From NCBI GenBank assembly GCA_038214755.1, contig JBBQRQ010000011.1:1-64000 (forward strand): DNA of 64,000 nt. Direction: 5' to 3'. Shown one piece after another: positions 46,008 through 55,604 of the stretch; position 1 is the first letter of the stretch; each line of letters starts with the position of its first letter. Under the pieces are notes generated by a model. The model saw nothing but the letters and a program-made list of their open reading frames with translations, ran no database searches and had not been told where the DNA came from. A program made the position numbers and the translations under genes. The DNA is from Verrucomicrobiota bacterium (GTDB lineage: Bacteria; Verrucomicrobiota; Verrucomicrobiia; Limisphaerales; CANJXF01).

Positions 46008-47216
46008 TCACTCATAGCGCAACGCTTCAATCGGGTCCAAACCAGCCGCTTTTTTCGCGGGATAAAATCCGAAGAAAATTCCAACCGCCGCACTGAAAAC
46101 AAACGCGACAAGAATCGACGTAACGGAAGTCAGCGCCGGCCAATTCATTTTTGTCGCGAGCAGCCGAGAGATTCCCACGCCCAACATGATTCCAATGGTT
46201 CCGCCAATGACGCTCAACGTCACCGCCTCAATTAAAAATTGCAGAAGAATATCTTTGCCTTTCGCCCCGACGGCCATGCGGATGCCAATTTCCCGCGTCC
46301 TCTCCGTCACGCTGACTAACATGATATTCATTATTCCGATTCCGCCGACGACCAGCGAAACGCAAGCGATTCCACCAAGCAACGCCGTCATCGTTTTCGA
46401 GGTGGCCGTAGCCGCCTCGGCCAGTTCCAATTGACTTCGCACGGTAAAGTCTGCTTCGCGTCCACCGCGGCGTTGTTGCAACAAGCCGGTTACTTCGGAT
46501 TGGATTCGGCTCATGTCTTTAGGAGACGATGCCTCGATCAAAATGGCGCTGAGATATTGGCGACCCATTACTCGCCGCATCGCGCTGGTGTAAGGAATGA
46601 TCACGGTATCATCTTGATCCGAACCAAAAAAACTGACGCCCTTCGAGGTGAGAACACCGATGATCTTGAAAGGAATATTGCGAAGCCGAATGGTTTGCCC
46701 AAGTGGATCACTGCCAGCAAAAAGTTGATCGGCCACGGTTTTTCCAATGACCGCGACTTTGGCGCCGCTCCGCACATCGGGTTCGGAAAACATCGATCCA
46801 TCAGAAAGCGGCCAGGCGCGAATGCTCAAATAATCCGGCGATTCACCTTGCACCTGCGTATTCCAATTCATCCCGTTGGCCATGACTTGCTGCCGGTCGC
46901 GAACTTCGCCGCTCACCGCGACCACGCCGGAAATTTCCGTTGAGATCAGTTGGGCTTCATCCGGCGTCAAGGTGCTCATCGAACCCCAGCCGCCCCGCGC
47001 GCCACTCGAACTGGAACTCCCCGGAAAAACCGACAGCACATTTTGTCCGAGGCTCGCGATTTGCGCTTCGACTTGCGACTTCGCGCCATTGCCGATGCTC
47101 ACCATCGCGATCACCGCCGCGACGCCGATGATCATTCCGAGCATCGTTAAAAAAGTGCGGAGTTTATTTCGTCGCAAAGCCCGCAATGCAATTCGAATGG
47201 TCGCGAATATTCTCAT
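46008..47216 (-). CDS. MacB/FtsX-type ABC transporter permease
   Basis: LTMLGMIIGVAAVIAM, VGGIGIMNIMLVSVTERTREIGIRMAVGA, LDPIEALRYE. Confidence 0.95.
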   Translation of the reverse strand: MRIFATIRIALRALRRNKLRTFLTMLGMIIGVAAVIAMVSIGNGAKSQVEAQIASLGQNVLSVFPGSSSSSGARGGWGSMSTLTPDEAQLISTEISGVVAVSGEVRDRQQVMANGMNWNTQVQGESPDYLSIRAWPLSDGSMFSEPDVRSGAKVAVIGKTVADQLFAGSDPLGQTIRLRNIPFKIIGVLTSKGVSFFGSDQDDTVIIPYTSAMRRVMGRQYLSAILIEASSPKDMSRIQSEVTGLLQQRRGGREADFTVRSQLELAEAATATSKTMTALLGGIACVSLVVGGIGIMNIMLVSVTERTREIGIRMAVGAKGKDILLQFLIEAVTLSVIGGTIGIMLGVGISRLLATKMNWPALTSVTSILVAFVFSAAVGIFFGFYPAKKAAGLDPIEALRYE

Positions 47217-47247
47217 AGGGCGACTCTTGGAGGGGTGTTGCCCAAAC

Positions 47248-47376
47248 CGTAGGGCAGGCTTTCCAGCCTGCCAGTGACGAGACTTTCAGTCTCGTGAAGG
47301 AGATGAGATTGTTTCATAGGTTTTCCGAGGGACTGGAAAGTCCCCCACACCGGCAGGCTGGAAAGCCTGCCCTACG
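47248..47376. repeat. GTAG REPIN, close copy of 37734-37865, inside the ABC operon
   Basis: CGTAGGGCAGGCTTTCCAGCCTGCC...GGCAGGCTGGAAAGCCTGCCCTACG with shared inner ACGAGACTTTC..GTCTCGTGAA hairpin. Confidence 0.85.
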
Positions 47377-47411
47377 TGCGTTTTGGTAACGGTGTAGCAG
47401 ATATATATTTC

Positions 47412-48173
47412 TCATGCTGATAACTTAATTGCCTTTTGCGCTTCTTTCAGGCGGCGTGACTCCTCCTCGGCGTCCAACCGTTCTGTGACCAGTTGGTCGC
47501 TCAAAATTTCTCCGTCCCGCATCACGACATTTCGCTTCGTGTAACGGGCGATGTCGAGTTCGTGCGTTACCATCACGATGGTGATTCCTTGCGCGTTGAG
47601 TTTTTGAAAAATTCCCATCACTTCGATGCTCGTTTGCGTATCCAGATTTCCGGTCGGCTCATCGGCCAAAAGCAAGCGCGGTTCGTTGACCAACGCGCGA
47701 GCGATGGCGACGCGTTGTTGTTGTCCCCCGGAAAGCTGACTTGGCTGATGCTCGGCGCGATCTTTCAAACCAACCATCTCCAGGGCCTGCAACGCTTTTT
47801 CAGCCTGCTCTTCGGCGGAAAGATTTTTCTGACTGTAGAGCGTCGGCAATTCGATGTTTTCCAAAGCGGACGTGCGCGAAAGTAAATTGAAACCTTGAAA
47901 GACAAATCCTATTTTTTCGTTGCGAACTTCGGCCAATTCATCGCGGTCCAAACCGGAGACATCAATTCCATCGAGTAAGTAATGGCCCTCGGTCGGTCGA
48001 TCCAGGCAACCGACAATATTCATCAGCGTCGATTTGCCGGAACCGCTCGCGCCCATGATCGCGACGAATTCGCCTTTTTCAATTCTCAGAGAAATCCCGC
48101 GCACGGCGTGAACTTCCACGTCGCCGGTCTGATAAATTTTGTGAACGCTGTCGATCTGGATGATTGCGTTCAT
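47412..48173 (-). CDS. MacB/LolD-type ABC ATP-binding protein
   Basis: [37 protein letters not shown]. Confidence 0.95.
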   Translation of the reverse strand: MNAIIQIDSVHKIYQTGDVEVHAVRGISLRIEKGEFVAIMGASGSGKSTLMNIVGCLDRPTEGHYLLDGIDVSGLDRDELAEVRNEKIGFVFQGFNLLSRTSALENIELPTLYSQKNLSAEEQAEKALQALEMVGLKDRAEHQPSQLSGGQQQRVAIARALVNEPRLLLADEPTGNLDTQTSIEVMGIFQKLNAQGITIVMVTHELDIARYTKRNVVMRDGEILSDQLVTERLDAEEESRRLKEAQKAIKLSA

Positions 48174-49480
48174 CGACCAAACCTCGAGCTTCCCCCAAAC
48201 GGATTTACGGCGGGCTTTGGAGCTTCGCTTTCAGGCACAATAGCTCCTACCACGATCTCGTCGCCTTCCTTCAATCCTTCCAAAACTTCCGCCGCCAGCC
48301 CGTCGGTGATGCCGGTCTTAATTTGAATCGGCTTGGGTTCGATAATTGTCTCTCCATTTACAATCTTTTTTTCCGCCAGATAAACTGTCTTGGGACCGCC
48401 ACGATCCGGCCTTGGTCCTCCAAGACGCGGGGCGCCGCCAGAGCCTCCACCGGATCGAGAACGTCCTTCCCGTCCACCGCCACCACGAGCACTTGCGTTG
48501 GTTTGCGCTGTGGCAACTTGCGCGGGCGCGTTCGTCGGTTTTGCCCCAGCAGAATCAGGCGGCCGAAATCGCAGCGCGGCATTTGGAATTTTTATCACAT
48601 CTTCTTTATGAGCGACGATGATTGAAACGCTGGCGGTCATGCCGGGCTTCAGTTTCAAATCGCGATTGTTCACTTCGATCACAGTGTCGTAGGTCACCAC
48701 GTTTTGAGTCGTGATCGGCGCGTTGCGGACTTGAATGACCTTGCCCCGAAAAGTTCGCGTCGGAAACGCGTCCACCGTAAAGGTCACCTCCTGTTCGACC
48801 AGGACTCCTCCGACATCGGCTTCCGAAACCATCGCGTCGATTTGCATCTTGGTGAGATCATTGGCAATTTTGAAAAGCACCGGCGCATTCATGCTCGCGG
48901 CGACCGTCTGGCCGACATCCACTTCGCGAGACATCACCACGCCATCAATCGTGGAAAAAATCGTCGTGCGCGCCAAATCAACTTTGGCTTTTTCCACCAA
49001 AGCCTGCCGGATTTTCACGGTGGATTCCGATTGATGCAACTCGGCCATGGCTTTGTCGTAGTCCGCCTTCGCCAGAAGTTTATCGGCGTAGAGGGCTTTG
49101 GCGCGCTCGGCATTGAGGCGAACCAATTCGAGGCCCGCTTCTGCGCTGGAGAGTTCGGCTTCGTTCTGGTTCACGTTCGCCAAGTAAGTTGCCGGATCGA
49201 GTAGGGCAACGATTTGACCATTGGTCACCGGTGAATTGAAATCAGCGTAAAGTTTTTGGATGATTCCAGAAATCTGGCTGCCCACCTGGACAGTGACCAC
49301 CGGATTTAATTGTCCACTGGCGGTCACGACCTGCATCAAGTCCCCCCGGCCAATCACGGCGGTTTTATATTCGGTTTTCGTCGATTGCGATTTCTTCCAA
49401 AAATAAAATCCACCCCCGCCGAGTGCCGCCAGCACCAATAAAATAATGAGCCATTTCAATCCCGATTTTTTCTTTGCCAT
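48170..49480 (-). CDS. MacA-type periplasmic adaptor subunit
   Basis: N-terminal TM; VQVGSQISG, coiled coil, GQTVAAS, VSEADVG, LKPGMTA. Confidence 0.92.
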   Translation of the reverse strand: MAKKKSGLKWLIILLVLAALGGGGFYFWKKSQSTKTEYKTAVIGRGDLMQVVTASGQLNPVVTVQVGSQISGIIQKLYADFNSPVTNGQIVALLDPATYLANVNQNEAELSSAEAGLELVRLNAERAKALYADKLLAKADYDKAMAELHQSESTVKIRQALVEKAKVDLARTTIFSTIDGVVMSREVDVGQTVAASMNAPVLFKIANDLTKMQIDAMVSEADVGGVLVEQEVTFTVDAFPTRTFRGKVIQVRNAPITTQNVVTYDTVIEVNNRDLKLKPGMTASVSIIVAHKEDVIKIPNAALRFRPPDSAGAKPTNAPAQVATAQTNASARGGGGREGRSRSGGGSGGAPRLGGPRPDRGGPKTVYLAEKKIVNGETIIEPKPIQIKTGITDGLAAEVLEGLKEGDEIVVGAIVPESEAPKPAVNPFGGSSRFGR

Positions 49481-49588
49481 ACGATGTTAAACCGATCTGA
49501 ACACAATGGTTCACCTGTTGAAAATTAAAGTCGCCAACACCTAGACGCCAATTTCCGCGCGGAAGATTCATTTTTTCCGCCTAACCGA

Positions 49589-49840
49589 TTTTGGACTGCG
49601 GCGGCACGACGACGCTTTTCCTGCACGCTTCGCTAAAGAGTGAATCTCTCGAAATGGCTGAGAACGTGTCTGAGAAATCCCCAAGCCACGTAGCCGCCGA
49701 CGTGAGGAGGCGGACAATCCTGCGGCCTTTCGGGCGAAATCCGCCTCCTCACGTCGGCGGCTACATTTCTCAGACACGCTCTGAGACCGTTGGCTTCTTT
49801 CACCGTGCAGCCAAAGCGGGAACATGTTCCCACAGTCCCA
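49589..49840. repeat. GGAC-foot REPIN (relative of 7373-7502) interrupted by a MITE
   Basis: TTTTGGACTGCGGCGGCACGACGACGCTTTTCCTGCAC ... GTGCAGCCAAAGCGG...CAGTCCCA. Confidence 0.7.
49659..49784. mobile_element. IS1031-like MITE (120 bp plus TGA target duplication) carrying a GTAG REPIN
   Basis: TGA|GAACGTGTCTGAGAAAT...ATTTCTCAGACACGCTC|TGA (16/17 TIR match); internal GTAGCCGCCGACGTGAGGAGGCGGA / TCCGCCTCCTCACGTCGGCGGCTAC. Confidence 0.85.
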
Positions 49841-49860
49841 GGATGCGCCCCTCGGAAAAT

Positions 49861-50646
49861 TTAATGTTCCGCAAACCGGTTGAGATGAAACTCAATTCCA
49901 TCCGCCACTCCATGTCCGTGAGAAAATTTGCTCACGTGACCGTCCTGCGCGAGCACAGTGGCTTTGACCGATTCGACCGCGTTTTGCGGCGCGACAAGGT
50001 AACGCGCGTATTTCTGGGCGAGCATGGGCAAATCATTCAAGTGATCGCCCGCCACTAAAATATTTTCCGCCGAAATTCCCAGCCGCCGCGAAACTTCACC
50101 CAGCGCAGTCCCCTTGTTGTAACCGGCGTGGCTGAATCGCGCGTAAACATCGTTGCGCACCACCGTCAGTCCGGGAATTTTTTCGCAATATTTTTCGAGA
50201 TAGCTGTGAATGATGTCCGCGTCCGCATTTTTTTCCGCGATCAAACAAAAAGGCGAAAACGGATCTTCATAAACCGTCGCGGAAAATCGCTCGTTGACCC
50301 ACGTCATCAATTGCGGGACATCCTCGCGGACGCGCAAAAAAAGTTCCGCATGGGCGTGGCTGCAATCGCGATTCCAATCCGCCAACTCGACGTACTGCGA
50401 ATTTTCATGAAAATAAATTTCGCGCTCAACCAGGACCAAATAATCCGGCTTCACCGACAAACGCGAGCGGCCAAGCGCTTCCATCAAGCTGGACAAATCG
50501 CGGCCAGTGTTGATGACCCAAATCACTCCTTGCGCTTGAAGTTCGCCAATGAGTTGCTGCAATTTCAAAGGCACCGGAGGATTTTCAAACTCGGCAAAGA
50601 GGGTTCCATCGAAGTCAGTTGAAAGTAATTTAATCGGCAACGACAT
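49861..50646 (-). CDS. HAD-superfamily subfamily IIB hydrolase
   Basis: STDFDGT, NTGR, NKGTAL, GDHLNDLPM. Confidence 0.9.
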   Translation of the reverse strand: MSLPIKLLSTDFDGTLFAEFENPPVPLKLQQLIGELQAQGVIWVINTGRDLSSLMEALGRSRLSVKPDYLVLVEREIYFHENSQYVELADWNRDCSHAHAELFLRVREDVPQLMTWVNERFSATVYEDPFSPFCLIAEKNADADIIHSYLEKYCEKIPGLTVVRNDVYARFSHAGYNKGTALGEVSRRLGISAENILVAGDHLNDLPMLAQKYARYLVAPQNAVESVKATVLAQDGHVSKFSHGHGVADGIEFHLNRFAEH

Positions 50647-50743
50647 AGCGTTTCAAATTATAGGCAGGCTGCCAGAGGCGATAGAAAAAGTTCCATGTTT
50701 CCCCTGACATCCGAGTAGCGCGGGTGCGAAAAGATTTTTTGAA

Positions 50744-50910
50744 CGTAGCGCAGGATTGCATCCTGCTGTATCGCCGGTTTGCAACCGGCTGAACGTCGCA
50801 AAGCTGCAAACAAAAATAGAAAGCCTCTGGTTTCCCAAAAGCCTTCCGCTCTGGCCGTGTCACGCAGGTTAAAAACCTGCTGATACGGCAGGATGCAATC
50901 CTGCGCTACG
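50744..50910. repeat. Double-hairpin REPIN (GTAGCGCAG family)
   Basis: CGTAGCGCAGGATTGCATCCTGCTGTATC / GATACGGCAGGATGCAATCCTGCGCTACG. Confidence 0.85.
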
Positions 50911-50954
50911 AGCATTGCCGAACGCCCATCCCTCCGTTAAAGTTCAAAAGATTT

Positions 50955-51410
50955 ATGCCCACACTTCAGGAACGCTGCGACGACGCCATCATGGATTTCA
51001 CCACCGGCGATTGCGATGCCGCGATTGAAAAATTGAAAACCATTTTGGCGGAGGACCCGGATTATTTCGACGCGCAACTCGCGCTCGGCCAGGCTTATTT
51101 TGCCAAAGGAGATTTTCAAGCCGCGATTATCGAAGGTCACAAGGCGCAAAAATTAAAACCGAACGAACAACTTGTTCACACCAACCTGAGTCGCGCCTAC
51201 ATGAAGATCGGCGACAAGACGACGGCGGAACATCACGGCCTGCAAGCGCGCATCGCGTCATGGAAAGAAAACATGACCCCGCCCGCTCCGGGATCGACCG
51301 AGCCGGAATTGGAAATGGCCAAACCCAAACCGCCGCCGATGAAAATACCGGAAAAATTTCCTGATATGCCGTGGAAGAAGAAAACGGGAGATTCGGGAAC
51401 AAAGCATTAA
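50955..51410 (+). CDS. TPR-repeat protein
   Basis: DPDYFDAQLALGQAYFAKGDFQAAI...AQKLKPNEQLVHTNLSRAYMKIG; TTGCCG-N17-TAAAGT upstream. Confidence 0.8.
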   Translation: MPTLQERCDDAIMDFTTGDCDAAIEKLKTILAEDPDYFDAQLALGQAYFAKGDFQAAIIEGHKAQKLKPNEQLVHTNLSRAYMKIGDKTTAEHHGLQARIASWKENMTPPAPGSTEPELEMAKPKPPPMKIPEKFPDMPWKKKTGDSGTKH

Positions 51411-51455
51411 CTTCTTTCCTATGAATCCGCCCGGCCGCAAACAGGAGTCAACAAG

Positions 51456-51833
51456 ATGAAAGTTTGTGCCTAATGCGGGCGAGAGAACAGCGACGAGACT
51501 CTGAATTGTTTCGAGTGCGGCACAGACGAATTCAAAGGCGAAAAAGCCGTAACTGAACCGCACCTCCGACCGGAATTTCATTTCGGGGAATTGTCCGCCG
51601 ATGAGATGGAGAAGCAGTGGACTACTCTGGTCAAATGTCGAACGCTCACGGAAGCGGATTTGGTGGTAAGCCGTCTTGACGCCGCTGGCATTACCACTTT
51701 TCTTCCCGATGAATTTGTCATGCAGGCTATCTCTTGGAATTTAAATACGTACGGTTACGTTCGCGTTCAAGTTTCGCCGAAAGATTACGAGCAAGCCAAA
51801 GAACTTCTTTCAGCCCCGGAACAGAACGCTTAG
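51456..51833 (+). pseudogene. Zinc-ribbon plus DUF2007-like gene with in-frame TAA at codon 6
   Basis: AGGAG RBS, ATG AAA GTT TGT GCC TAA TGC...TGT TTC GAG TGC (CxxC...CxxC), in frame with the 51591-51833 ORF (EADLVVSRLDAAGI...VRVQVSPKDYEQAKELL). Confidence 0.7.
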
Positions 51834-51847
51834 ATTTCTTTTAAATT

Positions 51848-52129
51848 ATGAAATCCGCCTACGAACTCGCGATGGAGCGTTTGAACAAAACTGCGCCAGC
51901 CGCAAAAGTCACTGACAAACAAAAGAAGCAACTCGCCGAACTGGATTCCAAATATTCCGCGAAAATTGCCGAGCGCGAACTCTTCGTAAAAGGCGAGCTC
52001 GCCAAAGCTATCAACAAAGGTGATTACGAAGAAATGGAAAAACTCGAGAAACAACTCGTCAGTGATCGCAGATCACTCAGCGCGGAACTCGAAGAGAAAA
52101 AAGAAAAAGTTCGTCAGACAAAAGCATGA
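51848..52129 (+). CDS. Small coiled-coil hypothetical protein
   Basis: MKSAYELAMERL...; charged helical 93-aa ORF. Confidence 0.75.
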   Translation: MKSAYELAMERLNKTAPAAKVTDKQKKQLAELDSKYSAKIAERELFVKGELAKAINKGDYEEMEKLEKQLVSDRRSLSAELEEKKEKVRQTKA

Positions 52130-52176
52130 TCTAATTATTCATTACAAAGTGACCAGGCACATGTTAGCTTTTTTCC

Positions 52177-52536
52177 ATGAACGAATGTCTTGCGGAATCG
52201 GATTTGCGTGAACTAAGTCAGACCATGCTCGCTGATTTCGAGCGGCGAGTCGCTTCGATCCCGCAAGACCTTTGCGCCCCATTTCACAGCGAAGCCATGA
52301 AACTCGAAGTGGAATTGCTTTCCATTTACAAGATGGTGACGTTGTGCGTTCGCAAGGAACAGGATTTAGATCGCGTCGCTTCTTACTGGGACTTGATGGT
52401 GAATATTTGCGACCAAACCTCCCGACATCTTTTGAAACTCGTCCAGCAACATCCTCATTGCGGGGCCGATTGGTATCACGATCGAGTTCTCGACCTTCGA
52501 AATAAATGCCATCGTCTCCAGCAGATGCACTCCTAG
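52177..52536 (+). CDS. Hypothetical all-helical protein (119 aa)
   Basis: Clean ORF with TTACAA-N17-TAGCTT 6 nt upstream of the ATG. Confidence 0.6.
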   Translation: MNECLAESDLRELSQTMLADFERRVASIPQDLCAPFHSEAMKLEVELLSIYKMVTLCVRKEQDLDRVASYWDLMVNICDQTSRHLLKLVQQHPHCGADWYHDRVLDLRNKCHRLQQMHS

Positions 52537-52633
52537 CTGGATTGCAGAAGCAAATTCGGACAGTCCGCCTTCTAAAGAACTCTTCCGAACACTGGACCAA
52601 TCCAATCCGCCCTGATTTCGATTTGCTCTGAGT

Positions 52634-54313
52634 ATGAATTATTTCTACGCCACTTTTTCTTTCGTCCTGTTGGGAATTGTTTGCCCCTGCCCCGCGAAAA
52701 ATTACGACATCATTATCCGCAACGGAACCATTTACGACGGCACCGGACAGAAACCGTTTGTCGCTGACCTCGCGATTCAAGGTGATTCCATTGCCAAAAT
52801 CGGAAAACTAAAACGCGACCACGGCACAACTGAAATCGATGCGCGTGGTCTCGCCGTCGCTCCCGGTTTCATCAACATGTTGAGTTGGGCGACCGAGGCG
52901 TTGCTTCACGATGGGCGCTCGCAAAGCGATATTCGCCAAGGCGTCACGCTGGAAATTTTTGGCGAAGGCGAATCAATGGGCCCGCTCAACGCCACGATGA
53001 AAAAGGACATGGTCGAGCAGCAGGGCGACATCAAGTTCGAGGTAAGGTGGACAACTTTGGGCGAGTATCTGGATTATTTGGCCAAGCGCGGAGTCTCGCC
53101 GAACATCGCTTCGTTCGTCGGCGCAACGACCGTTCGTGTTCACGAAATCGGTTACGCGAATCGTCCGCCCACGCCTGAGGAATTGGCGCGGATGAAAACG
53201 TTGGTGCGCGTTGCGATGGAAGAAGGCGCGCTCGGCGTTGGTTCTTCGTTGATTTACGCTCCTGCTTTTTACGCAAGGACGGATGAATTGATTGAACTGT
53301 GCCGAGCCGCCGCGCCCTACGATGGAATTTATATTTCGCATCTGCGCAGTGAGGGAAATCGTTTTCTGGAAGCGCTGGATGAACTCATTGCCATCTCGCG
53401 CGCGGCCAATATTCCAGCCGAAGTTTATCATTTGAAAGCGGCGGGCGAATCGAACTGGAACAAACTTGATTCGGCGATTCAGAAAATCGAGAAGGCGCGG
53501 CGGGAAGGTTCTCGCATCAGCGCAGACATGTACACCTACACTGCTGGCGCGACCGGGCTGGATGCCGCCATGCCGCCGTGGGTGCAGGAAGGCGGATTGA
53601 ATCAATGGATTTCCCGGTTGAAAGACCCGGCCATTCGCGAACGAGTGAAACGCGAAATGTCCACGCCGACCGATGAATGGGAAAACTTTTTTCTCGCGGC
53701 GGGATCTCCTGAAAAAATTCTTTTGGTGGGATTCAAAAGTGAAAAGTTAAAACCGCTCACTGGAAAAACTTTGGCCGAAGTCTCCAAAATGCGCGGGACC
53801 TCGCCGCAGGAAACCGCGATGGATTTAGTGATCGAAGACCACAGCCGGATCGACACGGTTTATTTTTTGATGGCGGAAGAAAATGTGCGCAGACAAATAA
53901 AACTGCCGTGGGTTAGTTTCGATTCCGACGCATCCTCCCTCGCGCCGGAAGGAGTTTTTCTAAAATCCAATCCGCACCCGCGAGCCTACGGAAATTTTTC
54001 GCGCCTGCTCGGAAAATATGTGCGCGATGAAAAAATTATTCCTCTCGAAGAAGCCGTGCGGCGGTTGACTTCGTTGCCTGCGGAGAATTTGAAATTACAA
54101 AAGCGCGGTTCACTCAAAACCGGAAACTTCGCTGACGTGGTTATTTTTGATCCAGCAAAAATTCAAGATCACGCCACCTTCAAAAAACCGCATCAATATT
54201 CCACAGGGGTTCTGCACGTGTTCGTCAACGGCGTTCAAGTTGTGACAGATGGAGAGCACACCGGCGCAAAACCAGGTCGCGTTGTTCGAGGGCCGGGTTG
54301 GCAGAAGAAATAG
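52634..54313 (+). CDS. N-acyl-D-amino-acid deacylase family amidohydrolase, secreted
   Basis: Signal peptide; IIRNGTIYDG, APGFIN, SHLRSE, YHLKAAG, HPRAYGNF, ADVVIFD. Confidence 0.9.
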   Translation: MNYFYATFSFVLLGIVCPCPAKNYDIIIRNGTIYDGTGQKPFVADLAIQGDSIAKIGKLKRDHGTTEIDARGLAVAPGFINMLSWATEALLHDGRSQSDIRQGVTLEIFGEGESMGPLNATMKKDMVEQQGDIKFEVRWTTLGEYLDYLAKRGVSPNIASFVGATTVRVHEIGYANRPPTPEELARMKTLVRVAMEEGALGVGSSLIYAPAFYARTDELIELCRAAAPYDGIYISHLRSEGNRFLEALDELIAISRAANIPAEVYHLKAAGESNWNKLDSAIQKIEKARREGSRISADMYTYTAGATGLDAAMPPWVQEGGLNQWISRLKDPAIRERVKREMSTPTDEWENFFLAAGSPEKILLVGFKSEKLKPLTGKTLAEVSKMRGTSPQETAMDLVIEDHSRIDTVYFLMAEENVRRQIKLPWVSFDSDASSLAPEGVFLKSNPHPRAYGNFSRLLGKYVRDEKIIPLEEAVRRLTSLPAENLKLQKRGSLKTGNFADVVIFDPAKIQDHATFKKPHQYSTGVLHVFVNGVQVVTDGEHTGAKPGRVVRGPGWQKK

Positions 54314-54319
54314 CCTTTG

Positions 54320-54401
54320 GTGGATCATGGCTGTGTCGAAGACCAGCCGCAGGAATTTTAACACATTGCGGCTGGTCGAGGACGACACAGCAGCGCTCCA
54401 C
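54320..54401. repeat. Degenerate REPIN-like palindrome between convergent genes
   Basis: GCTGTGTCG..GACCAGCCGCA / TGCGGCTGGTC...CGACACAGC; GGAG foot on the minus strand. Confidence 0.7.
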
Positions 54402-54449
54402 AAAATTTCAAATTAGGACACAGCCAAAACCTTTCCCCGTTGGGCCGCT

Positions 54450-55604
54450 TCATGCGTTTGCTAATTCGCGCTCCGTCTTCAGCCGCAACTGTCCGCAAGC
54501 CGCGTCGATGTCGTGGCCTTTCTCGCGGCGCAAAGTGGCGATGACTTTTTCGCGTTCAAGGGCGGCGAGAAATTTTTCCTGCGCTTCCTCGGTCGGGCGA
54601 ACCCACGGCAAATCTTCCACTTTATTGTAGGGAATTAAATTTACCTTCGCGTGCAGGCGATGGGCCAGTTGCGCGAGGGGTTTGATCTGAGTCAAGGCGT
54701 CGTTGATTCCCGCGATCAAAATATATTCCAGCGTGATCATCCGGCCTTTTTTTTGTTCGTAATATTCGCAAGCGGCGATGAGATCGCGCAGCGGATATTT
54801 TTTGTTGATCGGCATGATTTTGTTTCGCGTTTCGTCGGTCGCTCCGTGCAGTGAAATGGCGAGACGAAATTGAAGCGGCTCCTCGGCGAGTTTGCGGATT
54901 TGTGGGACAAGTCCGCTGGTTGAGATCGTGATTTTGCGCGCGCCGATTCCTCCGCCCCACGGCGCATTTAAAATTTTCAGCGCCTTGATTAAATTATCGT
55001 AATTGGCCAGCGGCTCGCCCATGCCCATGATGACGAGATTGTTGATCAAACGCGGAACGGGGAACGCGGAACGCGGAATCAACGCAGTCCTGGCCTCCGC
55101 GTTTTGGGGATTTCTTTCCGCGTTCCCTGTTCCGCGTTCCGCGTTTTGACTACGTTCAATCGCCAAAACTTGCTCGACGATTTCTTCGACGCGCAGATTC
55201 CGTTTCCAACCTTCCAAACCGCTGGCGCAAAATTTGCAGCCGTAGGCACAGCCGACTTGCGTGGAAACACAGAGCGTGTGGCGGTCACTCGCTTCTCCGT
55301 AAAGCGCGGGCGTGGCGGGAATCAAAACACTTTCGATGAGCGCGCCGTCGGTGAGTTTCCAAAGAAATTTTTGCGTGGTGTCGCGCGAGCCTTGTTTGCG
55401 GACCAACTCGAGCGTCTGCAGAGAAAATTCTTTAGCCAGAAGTTCGCGCAAAATTTTGGGAAGATTGGTCATCGCCTCCCAACTCGTGACGCGGCGTTTG
55501 TAAATCCAGTCAAGCACTTGCGGCAGGCGATAAGCCGGCTGCTCCCAGATTTTAAATTGGGTTTGCAGCTCTTCGAAAGAAAGCGATTTGATGTCGCGCG
55601 TCAC
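54450..55604 (-). CDS. rlmN: 23S rRNA (A2503)-C2 / tRNA radical-SAM methyltransferase RlmN
   Basis: CVSTQVGCAYGCKFC, MGMGEP, ISLHG, NLIPYN, DIDAACGQL. Confidence 0.95.
   Translation of the reverse strand: MTRDIKSLSFEELQTQFKIWEQPAYRLPQVLDWIYKRRVTSWEAMTNLPKILRELLAKEFSLQTLELVRKQGSRDTTQKFLWKLTDGALIESVLIPATPALYGEASDRHTLCVSTQVGCAYGCKFCASGLEGWKRNLRVEEIVEQVLAIERSQNAERGTGNAERNPQNAEARTALIPRSAFPVPRLINNLVIMGMGEPLANYDNLIKALKILNAPWGGGIGARKITISTSGLVPQIRKLAEEPLQFRLAISLHGATDETRNKIMPINKKYPLRDLIAACEYYEQKKGRMITLEYILIAGINDALTQIKPLAQLAHRLHAKVNLIPYNKVEDLPWVRPTEEAQEKFLAALEREKVIATLRREKGHDIDAACGQLRLKTERELANA
55051..55146. repeat. (GGAACGC)n heptamer-array inverted repeat in frame inside rlmN
   Basis: CGCGGAACGGGGAACGCGGAACGCGGAA / TTCCGCGTTCCCTGTTCCGCGTTCCGCG with TTTCTTT core; encodes NAERGTGNAERNPQNAEARTALIPRSAFPVPR. 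Confidence 0.85.
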
